Shown piece by piece: positions 27,644 through 37,800 of a stretch of 64,000 nucleotides of DNA. How positions within the stretch are numbered: position 1 is the first letter of the stretch; every line of letters begins with the position of its first letter. The position numbers and the translations under genes were made by a program. Source of the DNA: Syntrophales bacterium (GTDB taxonomy: Bacteria; Desulfobacterota; Syntrophia; Syntrophales; UBA8958). The notes beneath the pieces are model-generated. The model was not told the DNA's origin. It saw only the letters and a list, made by a program, of their open reading frames with translations, and made no database searches. The DNA lies in contig DAORXN010000003.1 in the NCBI GenBank assembly GCA_035358955.1, positions 845-64,844 on the forward strand, in the 5' to 3' direction.

Positions 27644-29371
27644 CTATCGCCGCATACGATAGCGGCAAGTATCCCAGAAGGGCTGGATTTCCTTCTGTCG
27701 AGGTTCTTTTTTCAGGGACGCTTCGATCATCTCTTCCGTAAGCTCGCTTGATGACATGTTTATCGCGGCCTTCTCCAGGGTGGCATCGAGGAGAATCGTT
27801 TTTGGCCCCCCCGCTTCGTTGGACCAGGGCATCCAGACGGGCAAATCGGAGCTGGGTCGATTAGGATTTCCCGTTCGGGCAAAGGTAGACCAGTAGTCCA
27901 TCATGGCCCGGGACAGGGCCGTGCGTCCCGGCCTATTCTTTTCGTTGAATACCAGCGCTCCTAAGGCCGCCTTTTCCGTGCCGAAGACAAAATCTATCTC
28001 CATGGCGTGACAGGCACCCAAGATGACGTTGAGGGGAGGTGGAATGACGTTATTTTTGGCCCCTCCCGCCCCCCACAGAAATTCGTAGGCGTAAATGGGG
28101 GGTTGATCGGAGTGGCTTCGGAAGGTCCGTGCCAGGTAATCCACCGCCATCACCTTCCAGCCGGCGCTCTGGTATTTAGCCACAAGCTCGAAAAGCTCCG
28201 TCTTGGCAGGGTCCGTAAGTAGCGAGTTGTCTGTACGCCAGACGACAAATGGCTTTTCGGACCGCAGGAATACTTTGGCCTCTTCCCTGTTGGAACCCAG
28301 GATCATGGGAACTTTACTGTAATTTCCCTTTTCCAGGGCTCCGTAAAAATCCTTCGGCAACACATAGCCGTCGGAAAAGCACTGGGGAAACCTAATCATG
28401 CCCGCCATCTTACCTTCAGGATGCCATTCGAGGAAATCCCTGGCGGCTTTGGAGCGGAGATAGGCCTCCACCTCTTTAAATGACATGGCCTTGAGCACTT
28501 CGGCAGACTCTTTCTCATCCTTTGCCTTTCCATCCTTTACTAGCATTTTTACAAGAAGACCGTTGACATAAGCGGTCCCTTCTTCCGGGCGGGCAATACG
28601 TACCACGCCGCTCTGGGATACGGCCCGCTGGAAGAGCCCTCGCGCCAGAGGCGATGCGATAAGCTTTAGAACATCCTGCCCACCAGCCGATTCTCCAGCG
28701 ATGGTAATATTGTTGGGGTCGCCTCCGAATTTACTGATATTGGCCTTTACCCACTTAAGGGCGGCTATCTGATCCAGAAGGGTGAAGTTTCCCGAATCGT
28801 TTTCGGGATGGCCGTTCTTTAAGGCCGGGTGATTCATGAACCCCAGGGGCCCCAGTCGATAGTTAAAGGTAACCACGACCATTTTCCCTTTGCTGGCCAG
28901 GTATGAACCGGGCAAGACGGATAAAGGCGGCCACTGGATGCTGTTTCCTCCACCATGTATCCAGAAGAACACGGGCAGATCTCCCGTGGCACCCTTGGGT
29001 GCCCAGATGTTCAAGTACAGGCAATCTTCATTTCCTGTGATGATCTGGGGGGTGGCGGGGTTACGGTCGTGATCCACGTATTGGGGACAGAGAGAACAGA
29101 AGGAGTCGGCTTTGAAGACAGAGGAGCGTTTTTCCGGCGCCTGGGGCACTCTCCAGCGCAGTTCTCCCACGGGGGGACGGGCGTAGGGAATGCCCTTCCA
29201 GACGATGGTACTGGTGGCAGGATCTTCCGCACCCATTAACGGACCTTCCGTAGTTTCCACGAGGGGGGTTACCTCTACCTTCTTTACGGTGGCCTTTTGC
29301 AGACCCTCGCAGCCGATGAACAAGGCAAGAAAAGCCGTCAATAGGATCCCAAAGGTAATTTTCTTCACCAT
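27644..29371 (-). CDS. type B carboxylesterase/lipase family lipoprotein
   Basis: EDCLYLNIWAP and GESAGG motifs. Start chosen at ATG 29371 (MVKKITFGILLTAFLALFIGC, a lipobox) with AAGGAGG upstream. Confidence 0.8.
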   Translation of the reverse strand: MVKKITFGILLTAFLALFIGCEGLQKATVKKVEVTPLVETTEGPLMGAEDPATSTIVWKGIPYARPPVGELRWRVPQAPEKRSSVFKADSFCSLCPQYVDHDRNPATPQIITGNEDCLYLNIWAPKGATGDLPVFFWIHGGGNSIQWPPLSVLPGSYLASKGKMVVVTFNYRLGPLGFMNHPALKNGHPENDSGNFTLLDQIAALKWVKANISKFGGDPNNITIAGESAGGQDVLKLIASPLARGLFQRAVSQSGVVRIARPEEGTAYVNGLLVKMLVKDGKAKDEKESAEVLKAMSFKEVEAYLRSKAARDFLEWHPEGKMAGMIRFPQCFSDGYVLPKDFYGALEKGNYSKVPMILGSNREEAKVFLRSEKPFVVWRTDNSLLTDPAKTELFELVAKYQSAGWKVMAVDYLARTFRSHSDQPPIYAYEFLWGAGGAKNNVIPPPLNVILGACHAMEIDFVFGTEKAALGALVFNEKNRPGRTALSRAMMDYWSTFARTGNPNRPSSDLPVWMPWSNEAGGPKTILLDATLEKAAINMSSSELTEEMIEASLKKEPRQKEIQPFWDTCRYRMRR

Positions 29372-29624
29372 GTCGTCCTCCTTAAAGTTAGTTTGGCCAT
29401 CTGCCACGACCGGTTCTTCCGATGTACCTGGGGAAAAATTTTTGTCTCGAAAGGTTCCTTTTAAGGGCTTAATCGTGGCTCTGGCGTTATATACCTCAAA
29501 GTTATCCTTCCGGCAAAAGATACTTTTTTGCCCCAGCGTGTGAACCTTAACTTTTCTTGATTTTGAAAGAAATCTCGGGTACGTGCAATCAATTCTAAAT
29601 GAAAGGTTGAGGAGGGCGGACTGG

Positions 29625-31070
29625 ATGGGGAAAATAGGGAAAATAACCGGTTTCCTGTTAATGCTTTCGATCGTTTGCCCCCTATTGGCGAGAGCCTCAA
29701 GCGGGCCGGCAAAGATAGGCGAAGTGCTTCCCTTGTGGTCGGTCTTGCCGTTTGTCGGCATCCTCCTGTCCATCGCCCTTTGTCCCTTGCTCGTTCCGAG
29801 GTTTTGGCATGAACACTTCGGGAAGGTGGCCGCCTTCTGGGCGCTCGCCTTTGCCCTTCCCTTCCTTTACTTTTTTGGGCCAACGGCGTTTCACGAAATA
29901 GCCCATATTATCATCGTGGATTACATCCCGTTCATCATTCTTCTGTGGAGCCTTTTTACCATTGGTGGCGGGATCGTTGTGAGTGGAACCCTGCGGGGAA
30001 CTCCCCGGGGAAATGTGATCATGCTCCTCATAGGCACCTTCCTTGCTTCCTGGGTGGGAACGACGGGTGCCTCCATGATAATGATCAGGCCAATCTTGCG
30101 TGCGAATAGGGATCGGACCCGGCGCGCGCATATAGTTTGTTTCTTTATTTTCCTCGTCGCCAACATCGGTGGATCTTTGACGCCTTTGGGGGACCCTCCC
30201 CTCTTTCTCGGTTTTTTGCACAACGTGCCCTTTTTCTGGGTGACCGTTCATCTGTTGCCTCAACTCCTCTTTACTTCCGCTATCCTCCTTTTCATATTTT
30301 TCGTTTTGGACACTTACCATTATCGAAAAGAAGAAAGGTCGCAAGTTTCTGAGGAAAGAGAGCGCCTGCGCATAAAAGGTGCTTACAATTTTCTCTTTTT
30401 GGCGGGCGTGGTGGGCGCTATTATCTTGAGTGGCTATTGGCAGACCGGGGCGATCAACGTCTTGGGGGTTCCGGTGTACGTAAGCGATCTGGTGCGCGAA
30501 CTGATTATCATCGTTCTTGGGTTACTTTCATGGTACCTGACCCCAAAGCCACTGCGTGAGGCAAACGACTTCAGCTGGGGGCCAATTCTCGAGGTGGCGA
30601 AACTTTTTGCCGGGATCTTCATCACCATTATCCCGGCTCTCGCCATCCTTCGGGCGGGGATGCATGGCGCCATGTCCGGTTTGATTTCTGTCATCCAAAC
30701 GCCCGCCCACTACTTCTGGGCTACGGGCATATTATCCTCTTTTCTCGACAATGCCCCGACGTATCTTACCTTTTTCAACATGTCCCTCGGTCGCTTGGGC
30801 TTGACGGAAGCCGTTATTCCAGCAGCGCTGGCGGCGGGAGCGGCCACGGCCAATCCACAGTTCATCCTCGATCTGCAGGCCATATCTTTGGGTGCCGTAT
30901 ATATGGGGGCGAATACCTACATCGGAAATGCCCCAAATTTCATGGTAAAGTCCATTGCCGAGGAAGCGGGTGTAAAGATGCCCAGTTTCTTTGGCTACAT
31001 CCTCAAATACTCGTTACCCATTCTCATCCCGGTCTTCTTCCTTGTAGATTTCATCTTTTTTGTGCGATAG
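29625..31070 (+). CDS. ArsB/NhaD-superfamily ion transporter (putative sodium:proton antiporter)
   Basis: About 480-aa polytopic membrane protein. GAGGAGG lies 9 nt upstream of ATG 29625. The family call is from overall resemblance only. Confidence 0.5.
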   Translation: MGKIGKITGFLLMLSIVCPLLARASSGPAKIGEVLPLWSVLPFVGILLSIALCPLLVPRFWHEHFGKVAAFWALAFALPFLYFFGPTAFHEIAHIIIVDYIPFIILLWSLFTIGGGIVVSGTLRGTPRGNVIMLLIGTFLASWVGTTGASMIMIRPILRANRDRTRRAHIVCFFIFLVANIGGSLTPLGDPPLFLGFLHNVPFFWVTVHLLPQLLFTSAILLFIFFVLDTYHYRKEERSQVSEERERLRIKGAYNFLFLAGVVGAIILSGYWQTGAINVLGVPVYVSDLVRELIIIVLGLLSWYLTPKPLREANDFSWGPILEVAKLFAGIFITIIPALAILRAGMHGAMSGLISVIQTPAHYFWATGILSSFLDNAPTYLTFFNMSLGRLGLTEAVIPAALAAGAATANPQFILDLQAISLGAVYMGANTYIGNAPNFMVKSIAEEAGVKMPSFFGYILKYSLPILIPVFFLVDFIFFVR

Positions 31071-31091
31071 TGAAAAGGAGGGTACGGAAGC

Positions 31092-31664
31092 ATGGAAAAG
31101 AAATATTACGAGATCGTCATTTCTGGCCCTCATGAGTATGTGAGAGGGTTTGTCACCGGCATTTTGGTCGGTCGGCACCTGGTGGGAGAGGCATTTTGGG
31201 GCGAGGAGTTTAATCTGGAAAAGGAGAATCCCCTTTCCATGTTGGGTCGCCTCTTGAGCCACCGGAAGGAACAGACGGTAGTCATTGTGGACGCCCGTTC
31301 CTTGGGGGTCTTGGAAGAGGCGATCAGAAAATGGCCCGAACACCTCGATTTGGAGATTATTTCCCGGCTTCCCATTAGCGAGGGCTCTTTTCGCTTTTCT
31401 GTGGAAACCTTTTCTCGTGAAGTTGCCCAGGAGTTGAAAAGCATCTTTTCTTCCCTGCCACCGGGAGTGAAGATGGAGCCCCCTTATCAACCCCGGGAAG
31501 TGGAAATGCCTGAAGGGAAGGGAACGGAGGTTTATGCCCCCCTTCACGATTATGTCTTCCGGATAGCGGGCACTTTAATGGGCCGTATTCCGGCAATCCT
31601 TGCACTGTATGCGAAGCTAAAGCGATACGAGGTAGTGGAGCTTTCCACCATTGAATTCAAGTAG
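31092..31664 (+). CDS. hypothetical cytoplasmic protein
   Basis: 190 aa with a strong AGGAGG Shine-Dalgarno. I recognise no motif. Confidence 0.5.
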   Translation: MEKKYYEIVISGPHEYVRGFVTGILVGRHLVGEAFWGEEFNLEKENPLSMLGRLLSHRKEQTVVIVDARSLGVLEEAIRKWPEHLDLEIISRLPISEGSFRFSVETFSREVAQELKSIFSSLPPGVKMEPPYQPREVEMPEGKGTEVYAPLHDYVFRIAGTLMGRIPAILALYAKLKRYEVVELSTIEFK

Positions 31665-31719
31665 AATGCTTAACTTTAAGAGGCGAAGCCATGCATCGGC
31701 AAAGTAAGGAGGGAAGTAA

Positions 31720-33273
31720 ATGACAGCAGCCGAGCTCATGCTCCTTGTGGCCAAGGCAAACGGCGTGGAAATATGTTTCGCCAACGCCGGGACGACGGAG
31801 TTGCCCATCGTTGCCGCCCTCGATAAGTTAAGTGGAATAAGACCTGTTTTGGGATTGTTCGAGGGCGTCTGCACCGGGGCGGCGGACGGCTACGCGAGAA
31901 TTACGGGACAACCGGCCATGACCCTCCTGCATCTGGGACCCGGCTTGGGAAACGGCATCGCCAACCTTCACAACGCGCGGAGGGCGCGGATGCCCGTCTT
32001 GAACATCGTGGGAGAACATGCCTCCTGGCATGTTCCGTTTGATGCCCCCCTCACGATGGATATCGAGAAACTGGCACAGACCGTCTCCCGCTGGGTGGGA
32101 AAGGTTAAGAAACCGGGAGAGACGGCGGAAAAGACGGTAAAGGCCATTCTGGAGGCAAAGAAAGGGGGAGTGGCGACCCTCATCTGCCCTGCCGATCACA
32201 TGGGGGCTGAGGTGGAAGATGGCGAAATTCCTGACCTTGTCTTTCCATCCTCACCGGTAAATGAAGACCTGATCGAAGAAGCGGCCCGGCTTTTGACCAC
32301 CGGGCGAAAAATGGCCCTCCTGTTGGGAGGAGATGCCTTAAGGGAAAGGGGCCTGAAGGCAGCCGCCCGGATAAGGGCGAAGACGAACTGTGACCTCCTC
32401 TCCGTTACCTTCCCCGCCGTCATGGATCGAGGCGCCCATCTGCCGGAGCTGGTGCGGATACCCTACTTCCCCCGCCACGCGCGCAAGGCGCTGGCACCCT
32501 ATGATGCGTTCCTGCTCGTCGGCACCGATGCGCCGGTGACCTTTTTCGGCTATCCGGGAGAGGAGAGCATGCTTTTAAGGAAAGATCAGGATTTCCTCCG
32601 GATCGATGACCCCGAGGTACATGCGGCGGCCGTCGCGCTGGAGGCCTTAGCCGACGCTATCGCGGCACCCGGCGAGAAGAGCGCCTTGGAAAGCCTTTCC
32701 CGTCCCGTTTCTATCCCCGCTCCGCCCAGGGGCGAACTCAACGTGCAGAGCATGTCGGAGGCTATCGCCGCCCTGCAACCCGAAGGGGTGGTGGTAGTCG
32801 AGGAAGGGCTCATGTCCGGTTACTACTATCATTTGCTTTCTCCTTCCCTTCCTCCCCACACGGTCATGACCTTGACGGGGGGATCCATCGGTTGGGGCCT
32901 CCCGTGTGCCCTGGGGGTGGCCCTCGGTTGCCCTGACCGGCCGGTAATTCTCCTCGAAGCGGACGGAAGCGCCATGTATACCGTCCAGGCCCTCTGGAGC
33001 ATGGCCCGGGAGGACGTGCATGTGATAACCATTATTTGTAACAATAACCGGTATTCCACCATCGGCTACGAGTACAAGGTGGCTTACGGTACCCGCCCAG
33101 GAGCGGCCGGCCAGGCCTTGATCGACCTTGCACCGCCTGCCATCGATTGGGTCGGCCTCGGTCGATCCCTCGGGGTGAAGGCCTCTTATGCCAAAGAGGC
33201 GGAGGAGTTTGCATTCGCCTTGAAGCGCGCCCTTAATGAGCCGGGACCTCACGTGATAGAAGTGAGGCTGTGA
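31720..33273 (+). CDS. thiamine pyrophosphate-dependent enzyme (acetolactate synthase large-subunit-like)
   Basis: The N-terminal TPP-Pyr domain (...FEGVCTGAADGYARITG...) and the C-terminal GGSIGWGLP...EADGSAMYT...NN TPP-binding motif. Confidence 0.75.
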   Translation: MTAAELMLLVAKANGVEICFANAGTTELPIVAALDKLSGIRPVLGLFEGVCTGAADGYARITGQPAMTLLHLGPGLGNGIANLHNARRARMPVLNIVGEHASWHVPFDAPLTMDIEKLAQTVSRWVGKVKKPGETAEKTVKAILEAKKGGVATLICPADHMGAEVEDGEIPDLVFPSSPVNEDLIEEAARLLTTGRKMALLLGGDALRERGLKAAARIRAKTNCDLLSVTFPAVMDRGAHLPELVRIPYFPRHARKALAPYDAFLLVGTDAPVTFFGYPGEESMLLRKDQDFLRIDDPEVHAAAVALEALADAIAAPGEKSALESLSRPVSIPAPPRGELNVQSMSEAIAALQPEGVVVVEEGLMSGYYYHLLSPSLPPHTVMTLTGGSIGWGLPCALGVALGCPDRPVILLEADGSAMYTVQALWSMAREDVHVITIICNNNRYSTIGYEYKVAYGTRPGAAGQALIDLAPPAIDWVGLGRSLGVKASYAKEAEEFAFALKRALNEPGPHVIEVRL

Positions 33274-33342
33274 AAAAATTTGACAGAAAAACTAAAAGGT
33301 AGCATAGTTTTGCCATTCGACAATTTCAGCAGGGGGTGGGCT

Positions 33343-33663
33343 ATGGCAAGAGGCAGGGTGGCGATTTTATCCTTGGCGTGTCTTTTTATATTCCTCTTTT
33401 CTCCCTACTTAATGGCCCAGAATGCACCGGATTTAGAGCGGGGCATTAGGGAATATCAGGCCGACAATTACGAGGAGGCGATCGAGATTCTTTCGCAGGT
33501 GAGGGCCAAGGAACCGACCTCGTCGATGGCCGCATTCTTCCTTGGCATGGCTTACAAGCAGGTGGGTGATTATCCCAAGGCCATAAGGCACCTGGAAGAC
33601 GCCTCCACCCTCAAGCCGCCCGTCAGGGAAGCCCCGGTGGAGCTCATCGATTGCCTTGTCTAG
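33343..33663 (+). CDS. signal peptide + TPR segment of a Slam/DUF560-like outer-membrane protein; ends at in-frame TAG 33661-33663
   Basis: MARGRVAILSLACLFIFLFSPYLMA/QN signal peptide, then TPR repeats (YEEAIEIL..., AAFFLGMAYKQVGDYPKAI...). The frame continues into 33664-34857. Confidence 0.6.
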   Translation: MARGRVAILSLACLFIFLFSPYLMAQNAPDLERGIREYQADNYEEAIEILSQVRAKEPTSSMAAFFLGMAYKQVGDYPKAIRHLEDASTLKPPVREAPVELIDCLV

Positions 33664-34857
33664 ATGAAGAACTACCCGGAAGCAAAGAAATGGGTGGCCG
33701 AGGCAGAGAAATACGCCCTCTTTCCGGCTAAGACGGCTTTTCTCAAGGGCATTATTCTCGCGGCGGAAGGGAAGGCCGAGGAAGCGGTGGCGAGTTTTGA
33801 GAAGGCCAAGAGCCTCGACAAATCCTATGCCCAGGCGGCGGATCTGCAAATCGGCCTCACCTATATAGGGGCCAGGAAGTACGACCAGGCCAGAGAAAGA
33901 TTGCAAGCGGCCATTACCCAGGACCCCGTCTCCGACCTCGCCACCTTTGCACGCAGGTATCAGGACCTGGTGGAACAGAGGAGCTTCCTGGAGCGCCCGC
34001 TCCGATTCACTATAAGTTTACTTGGGCAGTACGATACAAACATGCTCCAGGAACCTTACGCGTGGCCCATGTTAGGGGATATGGGAGAGGAGAAGAGCTA
34101 CGCCATGACCAATACGTTCCGCGTGGACTTCGTGCCCCGCCTCTCCGGTCCCTGGCTATTCAACGCGACCTATGCCCTGGTGAGCAACATCCATCAGAAA
34201 AACGCAACGAGTCACGATCTTTTGGCCAACACCCTCTCCGTGAGCCCCGGCTACAGCTTCGGCCGGGTGGCCTTGAACCTCTTAGCCACCTATACTCATG
34301 TGCTCAGGCGCAATCCGAGCTATGAACGCTACGTGGAGATGTCGGAAGTGGGGCCCCTGCTTCGTTTCATCGTGTCGGAAAATCAACTGGCCGAACTCTT
34401 CAGCGGTTATACGAAGAAGAATTATTTCACCACCCCCTTGGCGCCGGAAGAAGACCAGAGCTCCCACGGTGGAAGCGGATATGTAAGTTACACGTTTTTC
34501 TTCCGCGGTGGGGCCCTGGCCAATGTAAAGTACCGTTACGCCGATGAGCGGGCAGAAGGAGACAACTGGGCCAACGAAGCCCATACCTTCACATTAAATA
34601 CCATCTTTCCCTTGTTCAAGTCCCTCCGCGCCCAGCTGGGAGGCGAGGTGACCATTCAGGATTATAAAAATACCCATACCTTCTTCGGGGAAAAGAGGCG
34701 AGACCGCCTTTATACGGCCATGTTAGGTCTCGTTTACGATATAAACAGGTATGTGAGCCTGACGGCCCAGTATCAGTATACGCGAGGTTACTCCAACATC
34801 TTCCTCTACGATTACAACCGCAACCTATGGTCGGCGGGCGTGGAATTCAGGTTTTAA
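33664..34857 (+). CDS. TPR + ~14-strand beta-barrel part of the same outer-membrane protein (Slam/T11SS-like architecture)
   Basis: More TPR repeats, then about 300 aa of alternating-hydrophobicity strands ending ...NLWSAGVEFRF (the terminal-Phe OMP signature). It has no signal peptide of its own. Confidence 0.55.
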   Translation: MKNYPEAKKWVAEAEKYALFPAKTAFLKGIILAAEGKAEEAVASFEKAKSLDKSYAQAADLQIGLTYIGARKYDQARERLQAAITQDPVSDLATFARRYQDLVEQRSFLERPLRFTISLLGQYDTNMLQEPYAWPMLGDMGEEKSYAMTNTFRVDFVPRLSGPWLFNATYALVSNIHQKNATSHDLLANTLSVSPGYSFGRVALNLLATYTHVLRRNPSYERYVEMSEVGPLLRFIVSENQLAELFSGYTKKNYFTTPLAPEEDQSSHGGSGYVSYTFFFRGGALANVKYRYADERAEGDNWANEAHTFTLNTIFPLFKSLRAQLGGEVTIQDYKNTHTFFGEKRRDRLYTAMLGLVYDINRYVSLTAQYQYTRGYSNIFLYDYNRNLWSAGVEFRF

Positions 34858-34888
34858 ACCTTAAGGCGCTTTGGCGGAGGGTTGATTT

Positions 34889-37800
34889 ATGAAAGCGAAA
34901 AGAAGTGTAACCATTTCGGTTCTGTTGATAATGCTCATGTTAATGCCCTTAACCGTTCTGGCTGCCCCCGTTGGGAAGGTAACTCACCTGGAGGGGCAGG
35001 CGGATGTAACCGTTCAGGGGGTGACGACGCCGTGCAGGCAGGGGATGGAGGTAAACGCGGGAGACATTGTGCGCACGAAGAAACAGTCCCGCGTGGGGAT
35101 TACCCTGGTGGACGGGAATATGATCTGGGTGGCCCCCCTTTCTCGCCTGCGCGTTACCCAGTACAGCCCGGAAGAGGGGAAACAGAACTACTGCGACCTT
35201 TTCCGCGGCAAAACCAGGGTGGTGGTGAACGCCATTGCCAAGGGGTCCTCCTTGGAAGTGCATACACCCACCGCAGTGGCGGGTGTGAGGGGGACGATCT
35301 TTATCGGCTTCTTCGAGCGCGGCCAGAGTGGGTTCATCTTTGAGCGGGGCTCCGGGTACGGTTACAACCGGCAGATGCCCTCCAAGGTGGTTACCATCGA
35401 GGCCGGGCATATCATGGTCGTGCCTAAGACGGATCAGGAACCGGTCGTGCGGCCGGCGACGAGGCAGGAAATAGACCGCCATATACAGGATACGACGGGA
35501 GGGGAGGAAAAGAAGGCAGAGCAGGAGAAACCGACGGAGAAGGCCGCCGAGGGAGCGAAGGAAGAGAAGAAAGAGGCGGAAGCAAAGCAGGCGACGGAGG
35601 CGAAACCGGAGCCGACCACGACGACGGATGCCTCGGTGACCACGCAAGTAGCAGAAACAGAGACAACTACGGTACAGGGCACTACTCCTTCGCCACCGCC
35701 TGTAGAAACGCCGACCGTTCTGCCGGAACCACCTCCACCGGTACCAGTACCCACTGCCACCACGACGGACTTAAAGCCCGTTGACGTTTCCATTGACGGC
35801 ATTTCCGGCCAGTTGACGGGTTCGGTGGACGATAAGACGAATAAAGGCACGTTGAAGTTTGCCGCCGCAGGTGCCCTGCCGAATTTCTCGAAGGTGATAA
35901 GCGGTACTCTCTCCGATGGCAGTAGCCTCGATGCCTATCTCGCCGGGGTGACGGGCTCCTGGAGCGGTCTTTTCTATGGCCTGGCAAAGAAGGGTGAATC
36001 AATCTCGCTTTTTTCTGCCGTCCTGGAAGATAAAAGTTACACCGGTAGCGGCACGCTTTCCGCCTCGGGTACACTGGAGAGAACGTCGGTCTGGAAATCA
36101 ACATCTGGTTTGGCTGAGTATGAGTTTTACGCCCCCTATTTTAGTGGAGTATCTGCCCAGGGGCTGGCGATGGGAATGTCGAACGGTACACTTTACGGTT
36201 ACGAAGGTGCGGCAGGTAAAATATACGGCATCTGGGGCTCCGAGGTGGTCGGTGGCGCTTACGAGGGCGTCCCTGTCTCGGCGACCGTTCCTTTTGGTTA
36301 TGTGCACTATGCAGAGGATGTCCTGGCGGCGGTGGTCGTCGGGACGGGCACTTTAAATGACGATGGCGCGGGGCACGTGCAGATTGGGGTTGATCATGCC
36401 TATTACATGGATGGAGATTACTATGGCGAAGTAGGCATGTCCCATCGCGGCGTCTACGCGGGAACGGACTACCGCGGGATCACGGCCGGTGCCGGGCTGT
36501 TTACCCCCCTGTCGTATAGCGGTTTTGCGTGGGGGTCTTTGTTCGATATCGAGGAGTCGACCCAGGGGTATATTGATGGGCTCGTGGGGGGGACCTCTGG
36601 CCTTCCCTGGTCGGGCAGTGCCGATATAAAAATGCTCGGATGGTATTACACTTATCCGGGAGCAGCGGAAAAAAGGTTGCTCTGGCACGGATTAATCGGG
36701 GACCATGGCTATGGGACGGATGGCAGCTATGTCTATACCGGATACGCTCTGGGTATCTGGGGGGCGGAGATCCCTGGTTCCTATCGAGGAGTCTATTTCA
36801 CCGAGGGGGCGGGCGGCTTTCTGGAAAGCGACGACTTGACTTTTACTTCTTATCCCATCGCCAACCTGCCCCAGGGCTTCGATGGGGTATGGATGGCCCA
36901 GGGGAGCCTTGCCGCGCGGGCCATGTCGGTCCCGCCCGGCTTTGCGATGGCAGGGTTTGCTTACCTCTTTAGCCCCCTTAACCTCACGGGGACTTCCCAG
37001 TCGCCCTCGGTTTTCGGTCAGGGGGAGTTCTGGGCTTCTTTACCTAAAGGCTCGGACGGTCAGATTCTTCCGTGGGGCTTATATGAAGCAGGGACTTCCG
37101 GCGTGGGGCTGCAGGGAGGCATAACGAACTGGGAAGTCATCATGGGCGGGGTGGAAAGCGATTCTTCTTTTTTCGCCTTTTTAGGCGAGTCCCAGGGGAC
37201 GAGGTCCGAGCCGGGGATCATTAGAGGTGAGGCGAGGGGCGATTTTGTAACCCCCACCCTGGTGGGCACCTTTGAGGGCCCCGTTTACGGGGCAGATGAC
37301 GGAAGTGGCAACTGGGGGACGTCCAGTATCGGCACGATGGAAGGAAAACCCAGCCTGTTTGGGGGAGAGTGGACGCATAGCACCATCTATAACGATTCCG
37401 GTACCTGGGCGTGGAACGGCGATTTCGACCGCGCATACTTCGGTCTTACGGAAAGAACGGATGGGAAACTGGATTTTCTCGCGATCGGGGGATTCTGGGA
37501 TAAAGGGTACGGCGCGGCCGGCTACGGCGGGCCTTATATCTTGAGCGGGGCCCTTTATGATTCCCCATCCGGGAGCCGTACCTTGTTCGAAGGTTTCACG
37601 GGTGGAATCATGACTAAGGCGGCGGCGGATTTGTCGGGAACCATCACGGACTACCTGACATCCCTCTATGGCCGGTACGAGGGTGGCAGCTGGCAGGTGG
37701 GGCTCATCCGGGGCGATCTGAGCGGGCACTTCTACGAGATGTTCCGCAATGAACCCGAAGAGAAGCTTTACGACATGTTCCGCCTGAAGGGCACCACGGC

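Noticed and set aside
29512-29532. A hairpin GGCAAAA-N7-TTTTGCC in the 250-nt leader of the ion-transporter gene, considered as a possible riboswitch or attenuator.
   Set aside because: It is a short AT-rich stem with no U-tract on either strand. I cannot match the leader to any known ion riboswitch from memory.
29372-29773. Long N-terminal extensions offered by the ORF track: the esterase at 29372-29773, yfhO-overlapping 4019-4171, acd at 55939-56130, coaE at 60972-61301 and the small Zn-ribbon gene at 49019-49294.
   Set aside because: The extensions overlap neighbouring genes or are Arg/Pro-rich nonsense. Internal starts with good Shine-Dalgarno sequences give N-termini that match family expectations, such as signal peptides and P-loops.
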